Source of the DNA: an uncultured Chloroflexia bacterium
Lineage (GTDB): Bacteria; Chloroflexota; Anaerolineae; Anaerolineales; UBA4823
DNA: 64,000 nt
Assembly (NCBI GenBank): GCA_963705155.1
Contig: CAVPJC010000024.1
Location: forward strand, 47,696-111,695
Direction of reading: 5' to 3'
The notes beneath the pieces were generated by a model. That model was not told where the DNA came from, ran no database searches, and saw only the letters and a list, made by a program, of their open reading frames with translations. Within the stretch, counting starts at the first letter, position 1, and every line of letters begins with the position of its first letter. Below are positions 48,298-58,807 of the stretch, piece after piece. A program made the position numbers and the translations under genes.

Positions 48298-49536
48298 ATG
48301 TCAGATAACCCCTTTCCCGACGAATCACCTGTCGAGGATGGTGTAACCAATCCTAACAATCGTTCCAACGGTCTGCAAACACCCCCAACCTCTTCCCCGG
48401 AAACCAGTAAAAGCGCGTTTCTAGCCATCTGGGAAGGCCTGTCACAGGTCGGCCTGGCTGAATCGGCGCTGCGCCTTGGCACACATATTCTCCTGGTGGC
48501 ATTGATTCTCATTGTTGCCTGGGTCATGCGGCAGTTCTACCAGGTGGGTCAGGGCGAGACCACCCCGCAGGCTGCGGCGCTGGCGGCATCGCTGCCCTCG
48601 CCTGTGCCCACTGAGATGCCCGTGCAACTGCCCGTTTACCAGCCTGAAAGCGTTTTGCCGGCTGGCATATCACGGTTGGCATTGATGCACACCACCATCC
48701 CCAACCGGCCGAGATCGGCAATATCCAAATATATCGTTGAACCAGGCGATACGATCTTCGGTATTGCTGAAAAATTTGGCCTTAAGCCTGAAACGATCTT
48801 GTGGGGCAATCAATTTGTGCTGGGCGACAATCCGCACAACCTGCGTCCAGGACAGGAGTTGAACATCCTGCCTGTAAACGGCACCTACTATCAGTGGCAG
48901 GCAGGCGACGGCCTGAATGGCGTCTCGAAGTTTTTTGGGGTCACACCTGAAGAAATCATCAACTATCCCGGGAACAATTTAAACCCGGATGAAATCGGCG
49001 ATTTTGCCCATCCCAATATCGAGGCGGGCACCTGGCTGATTGTGCCGGGCGGCGAACGCGAGTTTGTCACCTGGAGCGCCCCGGCCATCCCGCGCGACAA
49101 CCCGGGTGTCGCCAAAGTGCTCGGGCCGGGAGCCTGCGGTTCTGTGGTGGATGGCGCCCTGGGTGTAGGGCTCTTTATCTGGCCAGCCAACGCCCATTTC
49201 CTTTCGGGCTTCGATTACTCCCCTGCCACCAATCACTTCGGGATCGACATCGACGGCAACCTGGGCGATGCCATCTATGCAGCCGATAACGGCGTGGTGG
49301 TATATGCCGGCTGGAACAACTGGGGTTATGGCTACGTGGTGGTTATCAACCACGGCAACGGCTGGCAAACGCTGTATGCCCACCTGAGCGCCTATAACGT
49401 GAGCTGCGGGCAGAGCGTTTACCAGGGCACGGTGATTGGCGCCTTTGGCTCCACCGGCAACTCCACCGGCCCGCACCTGCACTACGAGATGATGTACAAC
49501 GGCACCAAGGTCAATCCCTGGGATTACCTGCCATAA
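48298..49536 (+). CDS. LysM-domain M23 family peptidase, membrane anchored
   Basis: TM helix LGTHILLVALILIVAWV. LysM-like YIVEPGDTIFGIAEKFGLKPETILWGN and YYQWQAGDGLNGVSKFFGVTPEEI. M23 motifs HFGIDIDG...YAHLS...GSTGNSTGPHLHYE. Confidence 0.8.
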   Translation: MSDNPFPDESPVEDGVTNPNNRSNGLQTPPTSSPETSKSAFLAIWEGLSQVGLAESALRLGTHILLVALILIVAWVMRQFYQVGQGETTPQAAALAASLPSPVPTEMPVQLPVYQPESVLPAGISRLALMHTTIPNRPRSAISKYIVEPGDTIFGIAEKFGLKPETILWGNQFVLGDNPHNLRPGQELNILPVNGTYYQWQAGDGLNGVSKFFGVTPEEIINYPGNNLNPDEIGDFAHPNIEAGTWLIVPGGEREFVTWSAPAIPRDNPGVAKVLGPGACGSVVDGALGVGLFIWPANAHFLSGFDYSPATNHFGIDIDGNLGDAIYAADNGVVVYAGWNNWGYGYVVVINHGNGWQTLYAHLSAYNVSCGQSVYQGTVIGAFGSTGNSTGPHLHYEMMYNGTKVNPWDYLP

Positions 49537-49547
49537 TCTGCACTGCG

Positions 49548-49580
49548 AACGGCGGGAAAACACACCCGCCGTTTGTATTT
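49548..49580 (+). terminator. Intrinsic terminator
   Basis: AACGGCGGG-AAAACACA-CCCGCCGTT followed by TGTATTT. Confidence 0.65.
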
Positions 49581-49603
49581 AAGATGGTGGTACAATCGGC
49601 GGA

Positions 49604-50209
49604 ATGAAATCCAAAGGATACCTTATGCTGGCACTCAACCTGGCTGCCATCGCCCTGGTGGTGGCGCTTTCACCCCGAGAAAAGACGTTGGGCGTTAACG
49701 CTTCCATCGTTTATCTGCATGGGGCATGGGTTTGGGTGGCGTTGTTCCTGTTCCTGGCTGCCGCTGCCGCCGGCCTGGCTGGCCTGCTGGCCCGCCGGGA
49801 GACCATTCACCTCTGGTCGCGTGCTCTGGGACGAACGGCGCTGCTCTTCTGGATCACTTTCCTGCCGCAATCGTTGGTGGTTATGCAGGCCAATTGGAAC
49901 GGCCTGTTCCTGGAAGAACCACGCTTTCGCATCCCGCTCAATTACGCCATTGCCGGGCTGTTGCTGCAGGTGGGGGCGTCTTTTTACCCGGCGAAGTGGT
50001 CTTCTCTTCTGAACCTGGTTTTCGGCGTGGCGCTCTTTGCCGGGATGAATGCTGTAGAAACGGTACTGCACCCCGATTCGCCGGTATTCAGTTCAGGTTC
50101 TCTCAGCATCCAGCTCTTTTTTGCTGCATTGTTGGTTTTGTTGTCGGCAGCCGGGCTGCAGATTGCCCACTGGTTTAAATCGTTGGAAAAAATCCCTGCA
50201 CCGGCCTGA
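49604..50209 (+). CDS. CcmC-like (cytochrome c assembly family-like) membrane protein with degenerate WWD motif, copy 1
   Basis: 201 aa, six hydrophobic helices. IVYLHGAWVW (compare CcmC xxYxHVPxAW), MQANWNGLFLEEPRFR where the WGxxWxWDxR motif would sit, and a second His in TVLHPDSP. Confidence 0.5.
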   Translation: MKSKGYLMLALNLAAIALVVALSPREKTLGVNASIVYLHGAWVWVALFLFLAAAAAGLAGLLARRETIHLWSRALGRTALLFWITFLPQSLVVMQANWNGLFLEEPRFRIPLNYAIAGLLLQVGASFYPAKWSSLLNLVFGVALFAGMNAVETVLHPDSPVFSSGSLSIQLFFAALLVLLSAAGLQIAHWFKSLEKIPAPA

Positions 50210-50224
50210 TAAGGAAACTAATTT

Positions 50225-50896
50225 ATGGGTAAACAGATGCAAGCGGGCAGGCCCGCATTGAATTCCATCCTGTGGTTTTTGCTCACACTGGGCGGCATCG
50301 CCATTTTGACCGCCGTTGGCCCGGAAGAGAAAACCCTGGGCAGCAATGTGCGCGTGGTTTATCTGCACGGCGCCTGGGTGTGGGCTTCGCTGGCCGGGTT
50401 CCTGGCGGCTGGCCTGGTGGGTCTGGCAGCTTTGATCACTGGCAAAGGTGGCTGGCATCGCTGGTCGCTGGCTCTCGGCCGTACGGGTCTGCTCTTCTGG
50501 ATCACCTACCTGCCCATCTCGATCTGGGCCATGCAAACCAACTGGAACGGCCTTTTCCTGGCTGAGCCGCGCTTCCGCCTGGCGGTGATCTTTTCAGTCA
50601 CCGGTTTGCTGCTTCAAACTGGCGTGACCCTGCTGGAAAAACCGGACTGGGCGTCCGCCGGCAACCTGCTCTTCGTCATTGCCCTGCTCACCGCACTGCG
50701 GACCACACAGAATGTGATGCACCCCCCTGCGCCCATCCTCAATTCCGATGCCCTGCTCATCCAGGGTTTCTTTGCCGCGCTGTTGATCCTCACCTTGCTG
50801 GCGGCCTGGCAGGTGGCGCGTTGGGTCTTCCAGATCGATGACCTTTTGCGCCAGAAAAACCTGGCGCCCAGATCCCTGCGGATAACCAATCCCTGA
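50225..50896 (+). CDS. CcmC-like membrane protein with degenerate WWD motif, copy 2 (tandem paralog)
   Basis: 223 aa. VVYLHGAWVW, MQTNWNGLFLAEPRFR, NVMHPPAP. Collinear with copy 1. Confidence 0.5.
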   Translation: MGKQMQAGRPALNSILWFLLTLGGIAILTAVGPEEKTLGSNVRVVYLHGAWVWASLAGFLAAGLVGLAALITGKGGWHRWSLALGRTGLLFWITYLPISIWAMQTNWNGLFLAEPRFRLAVIFSVTGLLLQTGVTLLEKPDWASAGNLLFVIALLTALRTTQNVMHPPAPILNSDALLIQGFFAALLILTLLAAWQVARWVFQIDDLLRQKNLAPRSLRITNP

Positions 50897-50904
50897 GTGT
50901 AGCA

Positions 50905-52063
50905 TTGAACCGTCTCCGCTTTCAGATCCTGCTCTTTGCTTCCATCCGGCTTTTGATGTACACCATGCACCGCATGGTGTACCCTTTTTAACCGTCTTCG
51001 GGCGCGGCCTGGGTGTGGATCTGGCCACATTGTCGCAAGCCGTGGCCATTCGCTCGGGAATGGGCGTGGTGGGGCCGTTATTTGCCAGCATCGCAGACAG
51101 CCGCGGTCGCAAAACCAGCATGCTCCTGGGGCTGCTGTTGTTTTCGAGCGGGGTGGGGCTGGTCATCATCTGGCCGGTTTTCCCGGTCTTCGTTGCCGCG
51201 CTGGTGCTTACCCTTCTGGGTAGATTTATGTTCGACCCGGCCATGATGGCCTATATTGGAGACCGGGTTCCCTACCAGGGCCGCGGGCGGGTGATGGCCT
51301 TTGCCGAAACCGGCTGGTCGCTGGCTTTTGTCATCGGTGTGCCCATCGCCGGTTTTCTGATCAGCCGCGGCGGTTGGATGGCGCCCTTCCCGTTATTTGC
51401 CCTTCTCGGTCTGCTCTTTTTCGGGCTGATCTTCTGGATCATTCCCGGAGACCCGCCGCCCAACAAAGGACAGCCCGGCCTGTGGCGCAGCATGGCGGCT
51501 TTACTGGCAAACAAAGTGACCTTGACCGGGTTGATTTTTTCGGCCCTGATCGTTGCGGCCAACGAAGTTGTCAGCCTGGTTTTCGGTGTCTGGCTGGAGG
51601 ATTCTTTCAACCTCAAGCTCGCGGCCCTGGGGGCTGCCTCCGCCGTGATCGGACTTTCCGAGTTGGCTGGCGAAGGGCTCACGGCCATTCTGGTTGATCG
51701 GCTGGGAAAATTGCGCGCCATCGGGATGGGCATCCTGGCGAACTGCGTGTCGATAGGGCTTTTGCTGCTTCTGGGGCACACGGTCGCCGGGGCTTTACTG
51801 GGGCTGTTCCTGTTCTTTATGACTTTTGAATATACCGTGGTATGCAGCATCCCCTTGATGACCGAGCTCGCGCCGCAAAGGCGCGCCACTCTTATTTCAA
51901 TGAACGTCGCGGCGCACTCCGTCGGTCGCGCCGCGGGGGCTTTTTTTGCGGCGATGTGTATGGCTTTGGAATCCTGTGGAGCTGCCTGGCTGCCCTGGGG
52001 ATCAACTTCCTGGCCTTTATTGCGCTCAGCGGCCTTAAGCGACACCTGGGAAACGCCATGTAG
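50905..52063 (+). pseudogene. MFS transporter with two frame changes at T-runs
   Basis: ...LMYTMHRMVYPF / LTVFGRGLGVDLATLSQ joins across the T5 run 50985-50989. ...SVGRAAGAFF / (C)GDVYGFGILWSCLAALGINFLAF joins across the T7 run 51941-51947. The ORF after the second join ends at 52063. The TTG start at 50905 is tentative. Confidence 0.6.
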
Positions 52064-52238
52064 TAATAGCGCGTTTCGAAGCGATGCAAATGGATACCCG
52101 CCCGGTGGGCAAGAGCCTTTGGCCTTGCCCACCGGTGTTCTTAATTCTGCCCCATTGTGCAACGAATAATTCCAGCGAAATGATCTTCCGTCGTTTTAAA
52201 AAATTGCAGGCATTTATTTAGTAATATGAAATTGATAG

Positions 52239-52266
52239 TTGACTTATTTTTTATTTATGCTAAAAT
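52239..52266 (+). promoter_or_regulatory. Sigma-70-type promoter (TTGACT-16-TAAAAT)
   Basis: Located in the AT-rich gap upstream of the Lrp/AsnC regulator gene. Confidence 0.4.
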
Positions 52267-52374
52267 ATAGTTGCAAGAATTTCAAATTTGAAAATTCCCC
52301 TATTTGCAGAGGCGGCTATGGTCGAAACATCCAATCACAGTCGGGCCAACAAAAAAAATACGTTACACCTGCGC

Positions 52375-52863
52375 ATGGAAGCCCCCTCCCTGATTATAAA
52401 ACCGTTGCCAACCTTGACGATCTCGACCGGGCGATCATCGAAGCCCAGCTCGAAGATCCTTTCTTTTCCTATCTTGAACTGGCAGAGGCCTGGAATGTAA
52501 CCGGCGCTACCATTCGAAATCGCATCAAGCGATTAAAAGCAGACGGTGTAATCGATGTTGTCACGGTGATCAACCCGTACAAAGTGGGCTATAAAACATT
52601 TGCAATCATTGGGATCAAAATTAAGAGTCGATGCCAATCCAGATCACCTCGTCCAGGCTCTCCAATCAATGCATGGCGTTTCCGGTGTGACTATGGTGTC
52701 GGGCAACTTTGATTTTTTCGTCACCTATATCTGTCACAATCTGGAAGAATATCGACGGTTTGTCACCGAAGAACTGCGAAGAATACCCGAGATTGCTGCG
52801 TTTGAGAGCTATATGGGACTCGACTTGTACGAGCGAAAATTTTTGGTCGGGGTGTTTACCTAA
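52375..52863 (+). pseudogene. Lrp/AsnC family transcriptional regulator, two frame changes
   Basis: MEAP / LPDYKTVANLDDLDRAIIEAQLEDPFFSYLELAEAWNVTGATIRNRIKRLKADGVI (HTH), joined across the C5 run 52382-52386. The RAM domain ...VSGVTMVSGNFDFFVTYICHNLEEYRRFV follows after a second shift near 52620. Confidence 0.65.
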
Positions 52864-52973
52864 GGTATGGTTCAAACAGCCGTTTACTGTCCAGTGCGGG
52901 CGAAGCAGCTGTAAATTTTATAAACACAGTGTGATCGTCGAAGAAAGTATCAACCAATATTTCAGGAGGAGCT

Positions 52974-53830
52974 ATGACAGTTTTCAACAACACCGGAGTT
53001 TTGCGCAAAGTTTTGTTATGCCCACCCACGTTTTATGAAATTGTGCCGGTGAGCGATTTCTCCCGGACGGCCCTGGAGCGCGGCGATAAAGTGGACCATG
53101 TCAAAGCTCAGGCCCAGCATGATGAGCTGGCAGGCTGTCTGAAGGATGCCGGGATCGAGGTTCATTACATCGAGGAGCCAGACCCCACCCGCCACTGGGC
53201 AGTCTATGCCCGGGATTTCGCCGTCAACTCCCCGGAAGGCGTGGTGATTTGCCGCTTCAAGTTTGCCGAGCGAAAAGGCGAGGAGATTCCCGGGTGAAAA
53301 GCAGCTGCGCAAGATGGGTTACACGATCCTCGACCGCATCGAGCGCGGCGCCTGGGAAGGCGGCGATGTGCGCTATATCGATGAAAAACATCTGGCCACC
53401 GGCACCGGTGAACGCAGCACCTGGCCAGGCATTTATAACGCCCAGGCGATATACAGCAAAATCGGCATCAAGGTGCACGGCATCCCGATCCCGCCCAAAT
53501 GGACCCACCTGGACGGCGTATTTGCTCCCATCCAAAAGACCTGGCGCTGATCATCCGCAGCGAAGTGCCCGAATGGTTTGTTGGGTTTTCTGGAAGGCCG
53601 CGATTATCGTCTGATCGATATCCCGGCCGAAAAGGTGGAAGGCACTCTGGCGCTCAACCTGTTGTGCCTGGGCAACGACCGTGTGCTTGTCCTTTAAGAC
53701 CAATCCAGTGGTCAATGAGATCATGAGGGCCGAAGGGATTAAGGTGTACGAACCCGATCTGACTGAGTTTGTAGATCGCGGCGGCGGGCCGCACTGCCTG
53801 ACCTTTGAATTGGAACGAGACCGAAATTGA
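52974..53830 (+). pseudogene. Amidinotransferase-fold (arginine deiminase / DDAH superfamily) enzyme, frame-interrupted
   Basis: VLLCPPTFYEI..., ...WEGGDVRYIDEKHLATGTGERS..., ...THLDGVFAPI... and the C-terminal catalytic-Cys motif DRGGGPHCLTFELERD, spread over at least 4 frames. Confidence 0.65.
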
Positions 53831-53919
53831 ACTTTTCTAGGACGATATAAATTTGTCAATTCCAGCATTGAGCAATAAGAAACATATTCCGTTAGAAATT
53901 TCAAGATTTGGAGATCACA

Positions 53920-55149
53920 ATGAAAAACCGTATTCTGATCTTTCGTCTCAATCCTGTTGTTCTGCTTTCTATGCGCTGCTGTCGGCTCTGCGGCCGAATC
54001 AGGCAGCGCCCGAAAGCGGGCAACCGGCTGCCAGCGAAGCCGATCTACATTGCCTTGATCTATCCGATGACCGGCGATAACGCCATGTTTGGCGAGATCG
54101 AAGTCCGGGCTCACAAATATGTGATCGACCAGATCAACGCCGCAGGTGGGATCAACGGCCGCCAGATTGCTTACGAAGTCTTCGATGACCGCGGCGACCC
54201 CAAAGAGGCTGCCAATATTGCCCAGAAAGTGGTGGGCGATCCTAAATTTGTCGCTGGGATTGGCCACTTCCGCAGCGTTTGCACCCTGGCAGCCGCGCCG
54301 ATTTACGACGAAGCCGAGTTTATCTTCCTGACCAACTCGGTCAACTCAAAAATCACCGGTATTTCACCCTGGCTGTTCCGCTACTCGATCACCGATTCGG
54401 AAGCCGGCAAGCAGCTTGGCCTGGGCGCGCTGCAAGAACCACCCCGAATGGAAAAAAGCAGCCATCCTGTACACCCAATCCGACTTCGGCGTCGGCTTAA
54501 AAGATGCGATCGATCCCGAGCTTGCGAACCTGGGCGTTGAACTGGTGGCTACCGAATCCTATTTCGAAGGCCAATCCAAGGATTACACTCCTCAGCTGAC
54601 CAAGATCAAAGCCGCCAACCCGGATATGGTCTTTATGCTTGGGTTACTATGCTGAAGCCGCAGCGATGGCTCAGCAAGCCACCAGTTGGGCATGACGTCG
54701 ACCTTCTGGGGACCGGATGGACTGGTGAACCAGGGTCTGATCGACCTGGGCGGTAAGGATGCCGAAGTCGGTTTATGCCACGGCCTACTTCTTCTCGAAT
54801 ATGCCCTACCCGGGTGTTGCTGAGACGGTGAAAGATTTCAAAGCAGAAGACCGGCGTAAGAGCTGGATGGCTTTGGCGCGATCACCCTGGACGCAACCAA
54901 CATGTTGTTGCAGGGCATCAAGGAAGTCGGTACCGACAAGGAACAAACTGCGCGAGTGGCTGGCCAGCGCACAAGGGTTTTGTGGGCGTCGCCGGACCGA
55001 TCGAGTTCGACGAAAGCAATGACAACATGCGCCGCATCGTCGTCGTCAAGCCAGAAGACGGCGTTTTTGTCCTGGCAGAAGAACAGGTTCCGGAAGAATA
55101 CTTCACTGGATCGCTAAGCTTATTATCACGCGTCATCAGGCCGTTGTAG
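53920..55149 (+). pseudogene. Branched-chain/hydrophobic amino acid (HAAT family) ABC substrate-binding protein, frame-interrupted
   Basis: IYIALIYPMTGDNAMFGEIEVRAHKYVIDQINAAGGINGRQI...DDRGDPKEAANIAQKVVGDPKFVAGIGHF is the LivK-type pattern. At least 5 frame changes. The end coordinate is approximate. Confidence 0.65.
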
Positions 55150-55252
55150 TGTTAATTCAGCATTACCAGGGGGCCGGACAGCAGCTTTACGCCAACCGCG
55201 GTGCTGTACTGTCCGGCCCCCACCACAATGACCGCAGTGGAGATGTAGAGCT

Positions 55253-56132
55253 ATGTTTGCACAACAACTCGTCAATGGTCTGGTCATTGGAGCGGTGTAC
55301 GCACTGGCCGCACTGGGTTACTCGCATGGTCTATGGGATGATCCGCATGATGAACTTTGCCCATGGCGACATCCTGATGTTCGGAACATACCTGACCCTG
55401 ACATTCATCCCTGTCGGGCTGCCTTTCTATCTGGCGCTGCCGGCTGGGATGCTAACAGGTATGCTGGTGGCCTGATCGTCGCCCGGTTGGCCTATATGCC
55501 TCTGCTCGACCGGCCGCGCAATGCCCTGGTGCTCACCAGCGTCGGCGCTTCTTTCTTCCTGGTCAATCTGGCCCAATTGATCTGTGGCGCCAGCGTGCGC
55601 CCATTCCCCCGCCCCGGAAATGTTCAGTCAATAACATTCACACGATTGGCAGCGTGGTCATCTCCGATTTTCAAATCCTCATCCTGGTCGTCTGTTTGTT
55701 CTCCATGGCGCGTCCTGACCTTTTTTGTGCGTTACACCCGCCTGGGGATTGCCATGCGCGCCACGTCGGCAAACATGACCGCGGCCCGTCTGATGGGCAT
55801 CCCGGCCCGCTTCATCGTTTATATCACCTTTGCGATCGGCAGCCTGATGGCCGTTTTGGGCGGGGTGCTGATTGCCATTTATTACAACTCGGTCTGGCCG
55901 ACGATGGGCTTTAAGATCGGCCTGGCGGCTTTCTCCGCTTCCATCCTGGGGGGCATCGGCAGCTTGCCCGGCGCAGTATTGGGTAGCTTTCTTGATTGGA
56001 GTGGCAGAATCGCTGGGCGCGGCATACATTTCATCTGGCTTCCGGGATGGCGTGGCTTTTGTCATCCTGATCATTATCCTGCTGGTGCGCCCGTGGGGTT
56101 TGCTTGGGCAGCCGGAAGTAGAAAACATCTAG
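55253..56132 (+). pseudogene. livH: HAAT ABC permease (LivH-like), frame-interrupted
   Basis: MFAQQLVNGLVIGAVYALAALGYS / MVYGMIRMMNFAHGDILMFG ... AFSASILGGIGSLPGAVLG ... ILIIILLVRPWGLLG, over at least 4 frames. Confidence 0.65.
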
Positions 56133-56146
56133 CGGAGAGCGTGCCC

Positions 56147-57130
56147 ATGAATATCAAAATCGCTTATCGAACAAATCCGCGGCAGCCATCATCACGCAAC
56201 CAGAAGGTCTGTCCTGCCAGTTTTGGCGTGTTCTTGTACTGGCTGCTCCCTTGGCTTTCGTCCTCGGTCTATTACCGCCACCTGCTGATCCTGTGCTCTG
56301 GTCTATATCATCCTGACAGCCAGCCTGAACCTGATCATGGGCTATACCGGACAGCTTCTCTGGGACATGCTGCTTTTTACGGGATTGGCGCCTACACTTT
56401 CTCCTTGCTGGTTTTGAAAACCCGTACCCCCTACTGGGTGGCTTTCATTGCCGGCGGTTTGATGGCTGCCGTCTTGGCCGGCTTTCTGGGCACCATCGTG
56501 TTGCGATTGAAAGGCCACTACCTGGCTATCGTCACCCTGGCCTTTGGCGAAATCGTACGGGTGACTCTCTACAACTGGGTTTCCCTGACGCGCGGCCCGA
56601 TGGGTCTGACGGATATCCCTCGCCCGTCCATCTTTTCCTACACATTCAAAGGCGCAATTCCCTATTATTATCTGGCATTACTCCTGGCATTCATTGACGT
56701 CATCGTCTTGCGGCAGCTCATCTACTCCCGATTTGGCAGGGCCTTTATTGCCATTCGGGATGAAGAGAACGGCTGCCATAGCCATGGGCATCCGCACGAC
56801 CAACATGAAAGTGCTGGCTTTCATCGTTGGGTCGTTCTTCGCCGGGCTGGCCGGCAGCTTCCTGGCCGGCTATATCCGCTTATATCCATCCGGATAATTT
56901 CACCGCCTGGGAATCGCTGATCTTGAATGCCATGGTGGTCATCGGCGGCGAGGGCAACCTGATCGGCTCCATCTCGGCGCCATCGTACTGACCGTCCTAC
57001 CCGAAATGCTGCGTGTGGCAGCCCAGTTCCGGATGATCATCTATGCTGTCATCATGATTGCCGGCATCATCCTGTGGCCGTATGGTTTGGCAGGCAAACC
57101 CAAAGAGAAAAAACTCGAAGAGGGTGAACT
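56147..57130 (+). pseudogene. livM: HAAT ABC permease (LivM-like), frame-interrupted
   Basis: ...AAFYGIGAYTFSLLVL...LRLKGHYLAIVTLAFGEIVR...TRGPMGLTDIP...FIAIRDEE.... Several frame changes. The 3' end is uncertain. Confidence 0.55.
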
Positions 57131-57252
57131 GATCCCACCAGACACGCAAGGCAAGAAGCCGGCGGTTATCACCTTCGCCACATCCAAACCGGCGTTAGCT
57201 GCCCCATCTGCCGGGTGTTGCAGGAAACGACCCTACTTCACCAAACATCCTG

Positions 57253-58021
57253 GTGGTAAACGATATTACTAAAGTGTTTGGGGGTCTGATAGCGGTCAAC
57301 AAAGTCAGCCTGGATGTGGCTGAAAGATCGATCCACTCGATCATCGGACCCAATGGCGCCGGAAAGACCACATTTTTCAACATACTCTCAGGTTTTTACT
57401 ATCCCCAAAATGGTTCGATCCTCTTCAAAGGCAGGGAACTGGTTGGGATGAAGCCAGATGAGATCTGCCGCCTGGGTATGGCGCGCACATTCCAAAAGAT
57501 CCGGCTGTTTTCAACAATGACCGCCCTGGATAATGTCATGCTTGGCTTGCGACTCAGGAATGCACGCCAGCTCTCTGGAGGCAATCATTGCACAGCCCCA
57601 GGATGGTCAAAGAAGAAAAAGCCACGCGGGAGAACGCCCTGGAACTGCTGCAATTTCGTTGGGCTGAGCGACAAGCGCTACAACTTCGCCAACAGCCTGT
57701 CCTATGGCGATCAGCGCCGCTTGGAAATCGCCCGGGCGCTGGCAACCGGGTTGCAGCTTCTGCTACTGGATGAACCCACAGCCGGTATGTCTCCCGAAGA
57801 GACCCAGGATGTGATCGAGCTCATCCAGGTACTGCGCGCAAGATATGGGACTGACCGTAATTTTGATCGAGCATGACATGAAGTTGGTAATGGGTATTTC
57901 CGATAAGATTTCCGTTTTGGATCATGGCGTGAAGATTGCGGAAGGCAAGCCAAAAGAAATCCAGACCAATCAGCTCGTGATCGAAGCCTACCTGGGTGCA
58001 GAAACGGCGGTGGAATTATGA
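57253..58021 (+). pseudogene. livG: HAAT ABC ATPase (LivG-like), frame-interrupted
   Basis: VNDITKVFGGLIAVNKVSL..GPNGAGKTTFFN..., LSYGDQRRLEIARALA, LLLLDEPTAGM, then ...[32 protein letters not shown] in another frame. The true start may lie upstream. Confidence 0.65.
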
Positions 58022-58747
58022 ACGAAGTACCGTTCTCCTGAGTGTCGAAAACATCGAGACCTATTACGGGGTCATCCGAGCCATCAAGGGAATTTCTTTC
58101 GACGTCAAGCAGGGCGAGATCGTATCGTTGATCGGTGGCAATGGCGCCGGAAAAACCACCACGCTCTACACCATTACCGGTATTTTAAAGCCGAAGGAAT
58201 GGGCGCATCACTTTCGACGGTCACGAACTTCAAAAAAAACCGCCCAGAAGAGATTGTCAGGTATGGGCCTTGCCCTTGTGCCAGAAGGCCGCCAGGTGTT
58301 TGGAAAACTGACCGTGCTTGAGAACTTACGCATGGGCGCTTACACACTGAACGATAAGGCCGAATATCAAGCGCCGGCTGGATAAAGTCTTCCACCTGTT
58401 TCCCGCGTATGGAGGAACGGCTAACCCAGCGCTCAGGCACCCTTTCCGGCGGGGAACAGCAAATGCTGGCCATCGGCCGGGCAATGATGCAAGGCCCACG
58501 CTTTCTGGCGCTGGATGAGCCTTCCATGGGTCTGGCGCCTATCGTTGTCGAGGAGATCTTCAAGACCATCCGAAAAATCAACGAGGAAGGTGTGACCATT
58601 TTACTCGTGGAGCAAAAAGCTACCATGGCGCTCAGGATCGCCCATCGAGCCTACGTCATGGAAACGGGAAATATCGTTCTGGGGGCGCTGCGAAGAATTG
58701 GTGCAGAACACCATGATCCGGAAGGCTTACTTGGGATCAGTGATTGA
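58018..58747 (+). pseudogene. livF: HAAT ABC ATPase (LivF-like), frame-interrupted
   Basis: LLSVENIETYYGVIRAIKGISF..GGNGAGKTTTL..., LSGGEQQMLAIGRAMM, FLALDEPSMGLAP. At least 3 frame changes. The start overlaps the livG stop (ATGA). Confidence 0.65.
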
Positions 58748-58807
58748 TCGAAGTCGAAAACTGCCTGCAAAGACCCCCTAGTAGGATGACTTAGATTCTG
58801 AGACCCT

